Shown: positions 63,726 through 64,000 of the stretch, in pieces
Numbering within the stretch: the first letter of the stretch is position 1
How the letters are laid out: the number at the start of each line of letters is the position of its first letter
Source of the DNA: Mobula hypostoma
Taxonomy: Eukaryota
Direction: 5' to 3'
Assembly (NCBI RefSeq): GCF_963921235.1
Contig: NC_086097.1
Coordinates: 55,740,001-55,804,000, forward strand
Length of the DNA stretch: 64,000 nucleotides
The notes under the pieces: generated by a model
Databases searched by the model: none
What the model was told of the DNA's origin: nothing
What the model saw: only the letters and a program-made list of their open reading frames with translations
Program-made: the position numbers and the translations under genes

Positions 63726-64000
63726 ATGCCACTTCATTACCACGGACGTGTTGTCACAGTTATGCAGATGAAAAAGGGAACCAAAACCAAAGCAGGAAGA
63801 TTTTACAAATTGCCGTGAGGGAAAGCTAACTGGAATTGATTGAGGGGAGTACCCTGCCAGGTCTCTTGAAGAATTCAGTGACCTCCTATCAATTTGATAT
63901 TGATTTTTTTCATTCACCTGAACAAGCAGAGTATGTTTTAAATTGGAAATACATCCAAGAGGTGACAACACAGACAATGAAGCACTATATTGTACTGTGT

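Overview
Eukaryotic, non-coding, repeat-rich vertebrate DNA. The repeat families (CR1, Rex1/Babar-like, Penelope-like elements [PLEs], V-SINE and Deu-SINE relics) suggest a cartilaginous fish, probably a ray; this is inference from remembered family features, not a database search. I find no convincing host protein-coding gene. The only long real ORF is the reverse transcriptase of a young, 5'-truncated CR1 LINE (13.6-15.1 kb, minus strand). The 650-730 aa ORFs at 51.5-53.7 kb are artefacts of a C/A-rich minisatellite. Main points of interest: (i) seven minimal type-I hammerhead ribozyme motifs from two PLE families, one with an intact core inside a ~100-bp solo insertion flanked by a 12-bp duplication (21327-21427), the others mostly damaged at CpG sites; (ii) two transposon-poor islands (~16.1-21.3 and ~35.7-43.9 kb) with enhancer-like blocks, a CTCF-like site and a candidate 24-nt microexon; (iii) nested transposon stacks whose insertion order can be read from the window. 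I cannot support a wholly new biological system. PLE hammerheads are a known class, although these copies are probably unannotated. Repeat boundaries are approximate unless a TSD or TIR is quoted.
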